Assembly (NCBI GenBank): GCA_000965745.1
Contig: CP009479.1
Location: forward strand, 64,001 to 128,000
DNA: 64,000 nt
From: an uncultured archaeon
Lineage (GTDB): Archaea; Thermoplasmatota; Thermoplasmata; Thermoplasmatales; Thermoplasmataceae
Direction of reading: 5' to 3'
Positions 30,198-40,247 of this stretch are shown here, one piece after another. The translations under genes were made by a program, and so were the position numbers. Under the pieces are notes generated by a model. It saw only the letters and a list, made by a program, of their open reading frames with translations. It made no database searches and was not told where the DNA came from. How positions within the stretch are numbered: the first letter of the stretch is position 1; each line of letters opens with the position of its first letter.

Positions 30198-32069
30198 ATG
30201 CTAAAACCCGAGAACCTTGCTGACAATATGACGGGTGAAGTTGCTTTTCTGCTGGGAAATGAGGCAGTTGCCAGAGGGCTTGTTGAGTCCGGAGTGAGAG
30301 TGGCCACAACCTATCCCGGCACCCCCTCCAGTGAAGTTGGCGATACAATTGCCAGGTTTGCCAGGAAAAGCGGAATCTACTTTCAGTATTCTGTAAACGA
30401 GAAAGTTGCCTACGAAATAGCGTATGCAGCATCCCTGTCTGGAAAGAGGTCGTTCACCTTCATGAAAGTGGTAGGTATGAATGTGGCCGCCGACTCCCTG
30501 ATGACTTCAGCCTACACCGGAGTTGAAGCGGGCCTCGTGATCATGACGGCGGATGACCCCTCAATGTTTTCGTCCCAGAATGAGCAGGATAACAGGCATT
30601 TTTCAGACCTGGCGCACATTCCACTGATTGAGCCTTCCAGCCCGCAGGAGGCAAAAGACTTCCTGAAACACGCCTTTGAGTTGAGTGAGGCTGAAAAACT
30701 GCCGGTTCTGTTCAGGACCACAACTCGGGTGAGCCACCAGAGAGCCCCGGTCACGTTCGGGGATGTCGCCAGTGGATCGGGTAAATCAACGTTCAAGCGC
30801 AATATTCCCCAATACCTCCCATTCCAGCCGTACTCTTCCAGGATGAAGAATGAACTCATGGAGAAAATGGCGAGAATTTCAAGATTTTCAGATGAGACTG
30901 TTCTCAACCAGCTCGAAAGGAAAGGGTCGGGAAAAACAGGCGTTATAGTTTCAGGTGCAGCTTATGGCCCCCTTATAGACGTTGTTAATGAGCATGATCT
31001 GGACGTATCAATCCTGAAACTCGGCTTGGTGAACCCGCTGCCGGAAAAACTCGTTCTGGAATTCCTTGGGAACCATAAGGAAGTGGTTGTTGTTGAAGAG
31101 CTTGACCCATTCGTTGAGACCAAAATACGGTCTCTTGCACAGATGAATGGCATCACAACCTCAATTACCGGAAAACTCGACGGAGTGTTTCCTTCAAGCT
31201 TCGAGTATACCCAGAACGTAATTGCGGGGTCGCTTTCAAAGATTCTCCCCGTGGACGCCGAACATGTCGATGCGAAACCGCATACAGAGATTCCTTCCCG
31301 CCCACCCGTTATGTGCCCGGGCTGTCCGCACAGGGGGACATATTATGCAGTAAAGAGGGCAGTAGGAATGTCAAAGATCGAGAACGTGATCTATCCCTCC
31401 GATATAGGATGCTACTCTCTGGGTGTGTTTGAGCCATTTGAAATGTCGGATGTTCTGCTCAGCATGGGTTCTTCAATCGGCACTGCACAGGGGTTCGCCC
31501 TCTCGGCCGGACAGACGGTAATTTCTTTCATCGGAGACTCCACATTTTTCCATGCAGGAATGCCGTCGCTGGTGAATGCTGTTCACAACGGGGCAAAAAT
31601 GATACTGGTGATCCTTGACAATGCAGTGACTGCAATGACAGGGCAGCAGCCCAATCCCGGGTCTTCCATGGGCAGTCTCGGGGATCCTGCCCCGTATGCA
31701 AGGATCGAAGATCTGGTGGCTTCAGCGGGAGTGGAGAAGATAAGCATCGTGGACCCGTTTGACATAAAGTCCACCATGAGAGCGGTTACCGAGGGGTTGC
31801 ATTTTGACGGGTTGTCCGTCATAATAGCCAGGAGGGAGTGTGCAATTTATGCGGACCAGAAAAAGAAGAAGATTGCGCCACTTGTTCCGTATTATGTTGA
31901 TAAGGACAAGTGCACATCATGCAGAAACTGTGTTGAGAAATTCTCATGCCCGGCCATATCCGTGGATTCTGGAACCGTGAGCATTGACCCGAAGCTCTGC
32001 GACGGTTGCGGCTTATGTTCTGAAATATACGTTTGCCCGTTCAGGGCAATAAAAAGTGTGGAGGCCTGA
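30198..32069 (+). CDS. iorA: Indolepyruvate:ferredoxin oxidoreductase alpha subunit
   Basis: LLGNEAVARG, YPGTPSSE, DDPSMFSSQNEQDNR, RPPVMCPGCPHR, GDSTFFHAG, C-terminal 2x[4Fe-4S]. Confidence 0.95.
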   Translation: MLKPENLADNMTGEVAFLLGNEAVARGLVESGVRVATTYPGTPSSEVGDTIARFARKSGIYFQYSVNEKVAYEIAYAASLSGKRSFTFMKVVGMNVAADSLMTSAYTGVEAGLVIMTADDPSMFSSQNEQDNRHFSDLAHIPLIEPSSPQEAKDFLKHAFELSEAEKLPVLFRTTTRVSHQRAPVTFGDVASGSGKSTFKRNIPQYLPFQPYSSRMKNELMEKMARISRFSDETVLNQLERKGSGKTGVIVSGAAYGPLIDVVNEHDLDVSILKLGLVNPLPEKLVLEFLGNHKEVVVVEELDPFVETKIRSLAQMNGITTSITGKLDGVFPSSFEYTQNVIAGSLSKILPVDAEHVDAKPHTEIPSRPPVMCPGCPHRGTYYAVKRAVGMSKIENVIYPSDIGCYSLGVFEPFEMSDVLLSMGSSIGTAQGFALSAGQTVISFIGDSTFFHAGMPSLVNAVHNGAKMILVILDNAVTAMTGQQPNPGSSMGSLGDPAPYARIEDLVASAGVEKISIVDPFDIKSTMRAVTEGLHFDGLSVIIARRECAIYADQKKKKIAPLVPYYVDKDKCTSCRNCVEKFSCPAISVDSGTVSIDPKLCDGCGLCSEIYVCPFRAIKSVEA

Positions 32070-32074
32070 TTTAA

Positions 32075-32659
32075 GTGATAGTGAACCTGAAAATATGCGG
32101 CGTGGGAGGGCAGGGCGTGATAACCACCGGCATAATTGCATCGGAAGCGGGAATTTCCAGGGGTCTGAATGTGGTCATGTCCGAAATACATGGTCTTGCA
32201 CAGAGAGGGGGCGCTGTCTCGGTAGATATCAGATTCGGAGATGCACTGGGGTCGATGATTCCCGAAAATAGATGCGACATTCTCGTTGCACTTGAACCCG
32301 TTGAAGCCTTGAGAAATGTTTCCAGGATTAAGGAAGGTGGACTGGCATTGATAGGTGCGGAAAGGATTCCCCCGATATCGCTGGGAATCTCGGGGAAAGA
32401 ATATCCGGATGTTGAAAGCGTGTTGAAGGAAAATTATCCCGGTATGCGATACTTGATGGTGAACTCGGATGAGATCGCCAAACAGGCTGGCAATCCCAGG
32501 ACTTCCAATACTGTCATTCTCGGAGCTGCGATCGCAACAGGAGTATTGCCTGTTGATCTGCAGGACGTCATGAGAGCTCTTGACAGCAGGTTCACCGGAG
32601 AGATGCTTGAATCAAACAAAAAAGCGCTAGGCCTTGGGGCCAAACTCGTCACGGTTTAG
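32075..32659 (+). CDS. iorB: Indolepyruvate:ferredoxin oxidoreductase beta subunit
   Basis: GVGGQGV...SEIHGLAQRGGAV...EP.EALR. Confidence 0.95.
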   Translation: MIVNLKICGVGGQGVITTGIIASEAGISRGLNVVMSEIHGLAQRGGAVSVDIRFGDALGSMIPENRCDILVALEPVEALRNVSRIKEGGLALIGAERIPPISLGISGKEYPDVESVLKENYPGMRYLMVNSDEIAKQAGNPRTSNTVILGAAIATGVLPVDLQDVMRALDSRFTGEMLESNKKALGLGAKLVTV

Positions 32660-32718
32660 ATCCGGGCCGTAACTCATGATGATAATACAGGGCAGCCAGG
32701 TCGGCACCCGAAAAAGGG

Positions 32719-33867
32719 TCAGGGAGAGAGGGTGTTCATGTATTCCTCAAACCGGTCCAGGCCCTCTTCCAGCGTCTCAAGGTTTCCTGAGAACGATATC
32801 CTGACATGTTTCTCTCCGCGGTCCCCGAATGCCACACCAGGCAGCACCGCAACGCTCTTTTTTTCAAGGAGATTATTGGCCAGCTCGCTTGATCCGATGT
32901 TCTTCTCATATCTTGGAAACGCATAGAAAGCGCCTTCAACCGGACTGCTGATTATGCCGTCAATTTCGTTGAGCCGTTTCTCGACGAAATCACGTTTTTC
33001 CCTGAACTCACCCTGGAATTTTCTTATGAACCCGTCGCCGTTCCGGAGAGCATAAGCGGAAGCCTTCTGCACGAACGGAGGATAACAGGAGAAACTGTGA
33101 TCCATTACTTTTGCCATATTGTTCACTATCGATTCCGCGGCGATAGTATAACCTGCCCTCCAGCCGGTCATGGAATAGCTCTTGGACAGTGTGAAAATGC
33201 TGATGACCCTGTCTGGAGCATCCTCCATGGATCCCACAGAGACATGTTTCTTTTCATACACGAGGTCCTCGTAGGCCTCATCGCTTATGATACTCAGGTC
33301 ATGCTCCACCGCCAGTTCAAGTATTTCTTTGAGAACATTTCTGTCCGCAACCCTTCCGGTCGGATTTGATGGTGTATTCAGGAATATCGCAGTTGTTTTG
33401 TCGCTAATACCGTCTTCTATCATTGAAACGTCCAGAGAATTGTCATCAGAAAGATGGTAGGGCACTGGATCGAAACCCGCAAGCCTGGCGGGATTTGTGT
33501 AGAAGTATCCCGGGTCTGGTACCAGTACCTCTCCCTTCCTGTTTCCAAGCGCAAGAAGCGTTGTGTATATGGCATGCCTTGAACTCATGAATATTGCATT
33601 TCTCAACTCCGCGTTAATTGAATTTTGCCGGGATACCTTGCCGATTATTGCATCCCTGACATCATCTGTCCCGAGTGAGGAAGTGTAGTGCGTGTCCCCG
33701 TTGAACATATCCTCACTTGCAATGTCCATAATCTCCCTGGGGGTGTCGTATAACGGTTCCCCGATTGCCAGGGAGAAGATCTTTTCCCCCCTTGCGAGTC
33801 TTTCCAGCACTGTCCTTATAACGCCAAAAGAAGTGGAAGCTTCAATGTCCCCTACCCACATAAACAA
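32719..33867 (-). CDS. PLP-dependent aminotransferase, class I/II
   Basis: NTPSNPTG, SDEAY, SKSYSMTGWRAG, GAFY. Confidence 0.95.
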   Translation of the reverse strand: MFMWVGDIEASTSFGVIRTVLERLARGEKIFSLAIGEPLYDTPREIMDIASEDMFNGDTHYTSSLGTDDVRDAIIGKVSRQNSINAELRNAIFMSSRHAIYTTLLALGNRKGEVLVPDPGYFYTNPARLAGFDPVPYHLSDDNSLDVSMIEDGISDKTTAIFLNTPSNPTGRVADRNVLKEILELAVEHDLSIISDEAYEDLVYEKKHVSVGSMEDAPDRVISIFTLSKSYSMTGWRAGYTIAAESIVNNMAKVMDHSFSCYPPFVQKASAYALRNGDGFIRKFQGEFREKRDFVEKRLNEIDGIISSPVEGAFYAFPRYEKNIGSSELANNLLEKKSVAVLPGVAFGDRGEKHVRISFSGNLETLEEGLDRFEEYMNTLSP

Positions 33868-33968
33868 AGCAATGCCGAGTGAGCTTTTAAACGTAGTGTG
33901 ACATTAATAAACCGGTTTAGAAAAGATCCATGGTCTAACCCGGAATCATGGGATCAGCAGCCTGGTTT

Positions 33969-35615
33969 TCAGTCAAGCTTTCCCACTATCTCTTTTGCCC
34001 TCTCCATGGCTGTGCCCGGAATTGTAGGTGTCGCAAGTGCTTTCCTGTCAGCCTTTATGGTGATCTTTTTCCCGCCAGTCACTATATCATCGCCGGGCCT
34101 GGTCCTGGTGGCCACAGCCCATCCCACCTCTGTTTCGTCCGCGATGTCCGTATGCCAGGGGACTACGACATTTACAGTTGCATTCTCAACGGGGGCGTGT
34201 GAAATGACTACCGATGACCCTTTGAGCATTATAGTCCTGATATCACCCTCTATGCTGTCTGACACTTTCCCGGTGTACTCATCAGAGATCAGGATGATCT
34301 TGTCGTTTGTTCCACTCTCACGGATGACAGGATCGGAACTGATGATGTAGTTGTCGCGAATCAGAATGCTGGAGAATCTATTGGCGGAGAGGCTGTAAGC
34401 AATGTTTACCAGCGCCTCAATAAGAGTAAGGCCCGACCGGCCCCTTGTTACGGACACAATTTTTGCCCAGAGCGGGTCCAGGGCCATGAGTGAAAGACCG
34501 AGCTGTTTTTCAATACCTGATCTCGCATTCCCTATTTGCGCGAGGGCGAGAAACCTGGCAGCGTAAGTGGGCCACTCCACGCTGTAATTGAACCCTTTTG
34601 GCAGGGAATTCCGGAGCGTGTCCATAATTACCGACGACCTGGGAATGGAGAATAGGTTGACATGCTCGTGTGAATTTGAGGGCTGAATATCGTAAAATAT
34701 AGGGTCATGGCGCCTCATGACGGACTTGACCTTTGCGAGATTTCTTGTTGAGTCCATTCCAAGATAGCCGGTGTACTCTGCAAATGGCCCTTCGTCATAC
34801 ACCTCCCCTTCTGCCAGCTCCGCCTCCAGGACAATTTCTGCGTTTGCAGGAACCTGGAGGGAATTTTTTACTCCGCGTGTGAAGCTCGTGCTTATGACCC
34901 TTGCAGCTTTGGCGTATTCATTGTCTGTAAATGAGGCAGCAAGGATGTAAAGGGCCGGATGTGCACCGATTATTACTGAAATCTGCAGTTTTTCCCCAGA
35001 TTCGGTGGCATCATTCACCGACTTCCAGAAGTGCCCATGGCTGCCTACATCAAATGCATATGTATTCCTGTCTATGAGCTGCATCCTGGAATAGCTGAGA
35101 TTGTAAATGCCACTTTCCCTGTCCCTCGTGACGGCAAGACCTGACGTTATGTACCTTCCTTTGTTTGTTCTTGAACCATCCTCGACGTAATGCCATGGGG
35201 CAGGTATGTCCAGGATGTTGACATCCTTTCCAGTGTGTACAATTTCCTTCACAGGAGCACGGGAAACGAGGGATGCATCGGGCAGGAGGTCGTTCCCGTT
35301 CACGATGCCATGCCATTTTTCGAGCACGGATTCCATGGTGCCTGAGCCAGCAGCCAGGGCCATACGGTTTCTGCTTCCGAGTACATTAGTGACAATTCTG
35401 TAATCGGGAAATCCCCTTATGTTATTGAACAGTATTACCGGGTTCCTCTTCTCCAGAGCCCGGTAGACAGCGGTGGTTTCAAAGAGAATTTCAATCTCTT
35501 CATCCACCTCCTGAATGTCCCTCCCATCAGGTTCCCGTACAGTTTTTAGAAAATCTCTCATTGAACAGCCTAATCCCCGGGACTCGTCAGATTCCGCCAA
35601 TAACTTCGCCTCCAT
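33969..35615 (-). CDS. UbiD-family (prFMN-dependent) decarboxylase
   Basis: YITSG...N.SYSRMQ...VPANAEIVLE...EGPFAEYTGY. Confidence 0.9.
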   Translation of the reverse strand: MEAKLLAESDESRGLGCSMRDFLKTVREPDGRDIQEVDEEIEILFETTAVYRALEKRNPVILFNNIRGFPDYRIVTNVLGSRNRMALAAGSGTMESVLEKWHGIVNGNDLLPDASLVSRAPVKEIVHTGKDVNILDIPAPWHYVEDGSRTNKGRYITSGLAVTRDRESGIYNLSYSRMQLIDRNTYAFDVGSHGHFWKSVNDATESGEKLQISVIIGAHPALYILAASFTDNEYAKAARVISTSFTRGVKNSLQVPANAEIVLEAELAEGEVYDEGPFAEYTGYLGMDSTRNLAKVKSVMRRHDPIFYDIQPSNSHEHVNLFSIPRSSVIMDTLRNSLPKGFNYSVEWPTYAARFLALAQIGNARSGIEKQLGLSLMALDPLWAKIVSVTRGRSGLTLIEALVNIAYSLSANRFSSILIRDNYIISSDPVIRESGTNDKIILISDEYTGKVSDSIEGDIRTIMLKGSSVVISHAPVENATVNVVVPWHTDIADETEVGWAVATRTRPGDDIVTGGKKITIKADRKALATPTIPGTAMERAKEIVGKLD

Positions 35616-35784
35616 TTTACAATGTATTCTACACCCGTTGATCTACAATAAAGGTTGCTGGAAGTCTGGGGAAGTGTGGGCGGCACTTAATGCTGCACCA
35701 TTGCCTGTCACCCGCATTCCCGTTCTGCAGTAAATGAGCCGCCGGAATTTTCCGCCATTCATTGCTCCGTTCACCCGTTCCGTC

Positions 35785-37089
35785 TCAGTAATTCACGCTC
35801 ATCCTCGATGTTTCCTTTGAAATTATGAAGGCGATCAGGGTGACTATTGTTCCGGCAAGAACCAGAAATGTCGGTGCAAGGTTATAGTGGGTCGAGTAGA
35901 TGAGAAATGTAGCTATGAAGGGCGTGGTGCCACCGAAGATTGCAGTTGACAGCTGGTAATCCAGGGACATGCCTGTGTACCTTACCTTTGCAGGGTACAT
36001 TTCCGACAGCATCGTGACGAACGGTCCGGTCTGGAGGGCAATACACCCGTAAAATATGATCTGCGCAATGAGTATGAGGATTGCATTTCCCGTCGACACC
36101 ATCACGAAATACGGGTAGATGAATACAGCTATGAGGACTGCACCTGCTATCATAATTGGCTTTCTTCCTACCCGGTCTGAAGCTGCACCTGCCCCGATAT
36201 TGATCAATGCACCGGCTGCCAGTCCGCCCAGCAACGTGTAGATTATCGTCGTAAATGGTACCTTCACTATGCTGCTGAGGTATGAGATTATGAAGACGCT
36301 TCCCGCATACTCAGCGATAGTTGAGCTGATAAGGAAACCGAGGCCGAGGAGGACAATTTTCCAGTACTTCCTCAATGTCAGGAGGAGAGGAACCTTTTCT
36401 CCTTTCGAAGGGTTTTCAACTATCTTCTTGAATATCTCAGACTCCCTTATTTTTAGCCTTATCACGAGACCAACCACAGCTATGAGCACTCCTATGAAAT
36501 ATAGTATGCGCCAGCCGTAGACTGAAAACGCTGAACCTGTAAGATTCTCCATCAGGAGAACCATGCTTAGGGCGAAAAGAGGCCCGATATTGGACATCTG
36601 GGCTATGGAGACATAAAGTCCCCTGTGTCTGGGTGGTGCCGTCTCTGCAGTAAGAGTGATTGCTCCACCGTATTCCCCGCCTACAGAGAAACCCTGTACC
36701 AGCCTGAGGATCGTGAGAAGCACAGGTGCAAGAACCCCGATTTGCGCGTATGTCGGCAGAAGTCCTGTCAGCAGGGAGGCGATGCCCATTATGCCGATTG
36801 TGAAAATCAGCGTGTAACGCCTTCCTATTCTATCGCCAAGGTGCCCGAACACGATTCCACCGATAGGTCTTGCTGCAAACCCTATGGCGAACACGGCAAA
36901 TGTCAGAAGCAGTGAGATTAGGAAGGTGTTTGAGGGAAAGAACAACTTCGCAAGGACCGAAGACACGAACCCGTATATCAGGAAGTCGTAGAACTCGAGT
37001 ATCACCCCAAACCCTGAAGCAACTGATGTTTTCAGTGCGGTGCGGTGAGAGAACTCCGGCCCCGATGTATCCGTGTTAGCATTTTCCAT
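35785..37089 (-). CDS. MFS transporter, metabolite:H+ symporter (MHS) family
   Basis: LEFYDF..YG, ARPIGG.VFGHLGDRIGRR, RLVQGFSVGGEYGGA, GGTTP. Confidence 0.93.
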   Translation of the reverse strand: MENANTDTSGPEFSHRTALKTSVASGFGVILEFYDFLIYGFVSSVLAKLFFPSNTFLISLLLTFAVFAIGFAARPIGGIVFGHLGDRIGRRYTLIFTIGIMGIASLLTGLLPTYAQIGVLAPVLLTILRLVQGFSVGGEYGGAITLTAETAPPRHRGLYVSIAQMSNIGPLFALSMVLLMENLTGSAFSVYGWRILYFIGVLIAVVGLVIRLKIRESEIFKKIVENPSKGEKVPLLLTLRKYWKIVLLGLGFLISSTIAEYAGSVFIISYLSSIVKVPFTTIIYTLLGGLAAGALINIGAGAASDRVGRKPIMIAGAVLIAVFIYPYFVMVSTGNAILILIAQIIFYGCIALQTGPFVTMLSEMYPAKVRYTGMSLDYQLSTAIFGGTTPFIATFLIYSTHYNLAPTFLVLAGTIVTLIAFIISKETSRMSVNY

Positions 37090-37248
37090 GCCGGAAATAT
37101 ATATGTGTTTATATTTAAATGTATGTAAGCCTCTAACTATAAAATATGATGAATAAACCAGTACGGAGAAATGCCCCAGTGACCATGTGGAGAATTATGT
37201 CCGGCCGTAGACCGAAGTTTCACTTGAATGGGTTTGGGCCCGGGATAA

Positions 37249-38709
37249 TCAGGGCTTGATGTTGTGGTTTACCCTGAAGAAGTTGTCTGGATCATACTTC
37301 CTCTTTATTTCAGACAACCTGCCGGAATTCTTGCCGTATGCTGCGCTGATTTCCAGTTTATCGTTGTCTCCGGGCTGAAAATTTATGTAACCTGTTTCCT
37401 CTTTTTCCGGGTAGAGATCCCTTATCTTTTTCTTCAGGCCCCTGCCCCAGCCTATCTGCTGCCTGTCATTTTCTTTGCCGCTCCAGCCCAGATCAATGAC
37501 AATCATGTACTGGTTGTCCCTCGCTGCATATGCAGTTTCCGATGATTCAACCCTGCTGATGGCCCCGCCGGTATGCCATATTCCCGTAACCCCGACCTCG
37601 TCCAGATCCACTTTGGAATATTCCTCAACCATCAGTTCCAGCAGTTCATCTTTCAATTCCTGGACCATTATCCCGGTTGAGTAATACCTGATCCCATTCG
37701 GTACTGTATTGTCGGTATAGGTCTGAATATCCACATAGCTCCGTGGGCCGCTTGAATCGTACAGGGACGTTCCAAGGTGTCTCAGAAATTCCATTTCCTC
37801 CTTTCCCTTTTTCACGGGGCCTGCATGCACTGCCCTCATGACTACTACCCTCTCCCCTCTCATTTCCATAGGGTAGAACCTTGTATCGGGTATCTTTGCC
37901 AGCTGAAACTCGGCGGATACATCATCAGAGACCTCATCTGCCAGAAACTTTCTTCCGCGTTTAAGGACCCCGATGCCTTCGGAAAGGGGGTAGGCCGTGT
38001 AGACCTGATAGAGCATGGGGCCGACACTGTGCAGCTTGTATTCGAACTCGGTGACAATTCCAAAATTGCCTCCCCCGCCTTTGACCGCCCAAAGCAGGTC
38101 CTGGTTCTGAGTTTCATCTGCATGGGTCACGCTGCCGTCGGCTTTGACCAGTTCCACTGACAACAAATTGTCTATTGTCAGCCCATATTTCCTTCTGAGA
38201 TGCCCGTAGCCGCCACCAAGAGTGAGTCCGGCAATTCCGGTCTTGGATACAACTCCAAAAGGAGTTGCGAGGCCGTATAACTGGGTCAGCCTGTCGACAT
38301 CTTCCAGGAGTGCCCCTCCCTGGGCTTTGACAGACATTTTCTCCTGGTTTACACTTACCTTGTTCATGTAGGTCAAATCGATCGTGAGTCCTCCGTCACA
38401 CAACGAGTTTCCGGCAACATGATGCCCCCCTGACCTTACGGATGTAAGCAGCCCGTGTCTTCGTGCAAGCTTTACCGCTTTTGCGACGTCTGCCGTTTCC
38501 TTGCAATATGCAATGGCTGCAGGCTTCTTCTGAAACATTCCGTTCCATATCCTCACTGAGCTTTCATATTCCTGTGATCCCGGAAAGAACAAGCTGCCTT
38601 TCATGGATTGGGAGGCTTCCCGAAGTTCTGTTCCACTGATCTTAACGTTGCCGCCGGATAATGTTACAAAATCAGTTTCTAAAAAAGGGGGGCCTGCTGC
38701 ACGATTCAT
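37249..38709 (-). CDS. FAD-binding oxidoreductase (berberine-bridge / 6-hydroxynicotine oxidase-like)
   Basis: VRSGGH (covalent-FAD His), GLTLGGGYG, GGGGNFGIVT, YINF...KRKYDPDNFF. Confidence 0.93.
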   Translation of the reverse strand: MNRAAGPPFLETDFVTLSGGNVKISGTELREASQSMKGSLFFPGSQEYESSVRIWNGMFQKKPAAIAYCKETADVAKAVKLARRHGLLTSVRSGGHHVAGNSLCDGGLTIDLTYMNKVSVNQEKMSVKAQGGALLEDVDRLTQLYGLATPFGVVSKTGIAGLTLGGGYGHLRRKYGLTIDNLLSVELVKADGSVTHADETQNQDLLWAVKGGGGNFGIVTEFEYKLHSVGPMLYQVYTAYPLSEGIGVLKRGRKFLADEVSDDVSAEFQLAKIPDTRFYPMEMRGERVVVMRAVHAGPVKKGKEEMEFLRHLGTSLYDSSGPRSYVDIQTYTDNTVPNGIRYYSTGIMVQELKDELLELMVEEYSKVDLDEVGVTGIWHTGGAISRVESSETAYAARDNQYMIVIDLGWSGKENDRQQIGWGRGLKKKIRDLYPEKEETGYINFQPGDNDKLEISAAYGKNSGRLSEIKRKYDPDNFFRVNHNIKP

Positions 38710-38925
38710 TGAAGCACTTCATACAATTCCAGATATATGCTTTTTTCCCTTACGATACATTGTCGCTTCACAATGGAATTATATCAATTCTATTGGAATT
38801 CTATTCCCAATTTCTGTAAGTGGCAGAGAAGGAATCGGGTTTGAACGCAGCTTGAAACCGCCAAATATGTACATCCTCCCTATACGGCACCTAGTTGGAA
38901 AAAATGGGAAATAGGTTAAGGAATA

Positions 38926-39927
38926 TTACCGGCTCTTAAAGTAAGATATGACTTCCTTTCCTATTCTTTCGATCGATTCCACAGGGTTTTCCCCGAATGG
39001 CCCGCCGATAGATATGCTTGTTGCCCCCTTCTTCAGGAGGACCTCGATTCTCTTTATGCAGTCCTCCGTAGTTCCGTAGACGGCCAGATCAAGCATCTTG
39101 TCTGGAACCGCTTTTGCAGCACCTTCGTAGTCCCTCTTCCCAAGGAATTCGGCAATTGCCCTGACCTCATCTCTTGTTACCCCGACCATCGAGACCATTT
39201 CTTCCTCCAGGTACGGGATGAAATATGCGATGATCCTTTTCAGGGACATCTTGTCCACATTACCCTCAGGGGAATGATATATCCATATAAGGCCAACATA
39301 ATCAAAATCGTCATTTTCCCTGCCGGCACGCTTCATGCCTTCCTTTATGTATTTCATCGGGTAATCGAACGACTCCGGCGGAGTAGCCATCGGCAGGCTG
39401 CCATCTCCAATCTCACCGGAAAGTTCGAACATTTCCTTCCCGATCCCCGGAACATAGATAGGAATTTTACGCCTTAGAGGCTTGAATCTCATGTATGCTT
39501 CATTAGACCAGTGAAATACCTTTCCGTTATACTCCATAATTTTTCCGTCGAGAAGCCCCCGGACGAGTTCCACGGATTCCCTTGTGAGGTCCAGAAGGTT
39601 CTGGTGCAGGCCTATCCAGTCATTGAACATTGTTTCAGTGTGTGAGCCGAGAGCCACAACTGCACGCCCTCTTGAAAAATCATCCAACTGTGTTGCAAAC
39701 GTAGCAATCTCAGACGGATCAATGGTGTACGGCTTGATATTGAAGCCTATAGATATCTTGTTTGTGACAGAAGCTACCGCGACTGAACTTACCCAGGAAT
39801 TGGGCTGGAATGGATCATGCGCAAACCAGCATGCATCAAACCCGTTCTTTTCAGCTGAAGAGCCAAGTTTCTGCAGCATCTCTACATTTCCAAGTGTTCC
39901 AAGAAGTCGTATGCCAAATTTTACCAT
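38926..39927 (-). CDS. LLM-class (luciferase-like / Mer-like) flavin-dependent oxidoreductase
   Basis: AE..GFD..W...LD..S.GR...LG...IPIY...GEIGDG. Confidence 0.88.
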   Translation of the reverse strand: MVKFGIRLLGTLGNVEMLQKLGSSAEKNGFDACWFAHDPFQPNSWVSSVAVASVTNKISIGFNIKPYTIDPSEIATFATQLDDFSRGRAVVALGSHTETMFNDWIGLHQNLLDLTRESVELVRGLLDGKIMEYNGKVFHWSNEAYMRFKPLRRKIPIYVPGIGKEMFELSGEIGDGSLPMATPPESFDYPMKYIKEGMKRAGRENDDFDYVGLIWIYHSPEGNVDKMSLKRIIAYFIPYLEEEMVSMVGVTRDEVRAIAEFLGKRDYEGAAKAVPDKMLDLAVYGTTEDCIKRIEVLLKKGATSISIGGPFGENPVESIERIGKEVISYFKSR

Positions 39928-40080
39928 AATTTCCCCACCGGTTGAAGCATGCACCCCACGGTATTTAAAATTAGTTTTGGTAATGTGGAGCAGGTTCGCT
40001 TTTCAAGCACTTTACCGGAAATGTGGTTATCTCAGAAAGATGCCTTACGTCTTGAAAAGTTCTTGTAAATAAGGAAATGC

Positions 40081-40130
40081 CTGAAGACCCAAAAAAGGCA
40101 TTTGGAAATAAGTTGAAGATCAAGGTATAG
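40081..40130 (+). repeat. Degenerate copy of the 3' end of CDS 29484-29999
   Basis: aaaaaggcatttggaaa(c/t)aagttgaagatcaa(a/g)gt, encoding KKAFGNKLKIKV* at both sites. Confidence 0.8.
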
Positions 40131-40247
40131 GGATCCAACAGCAAGTTTATCGTTTTTGAGAAATTCGAATGCTTTTTTGAACACACCATGGTCTCCTCTT
40201 GGCAACCGGATACAAAAAACGATTATCATTCAAGTGCATTGCATTTC

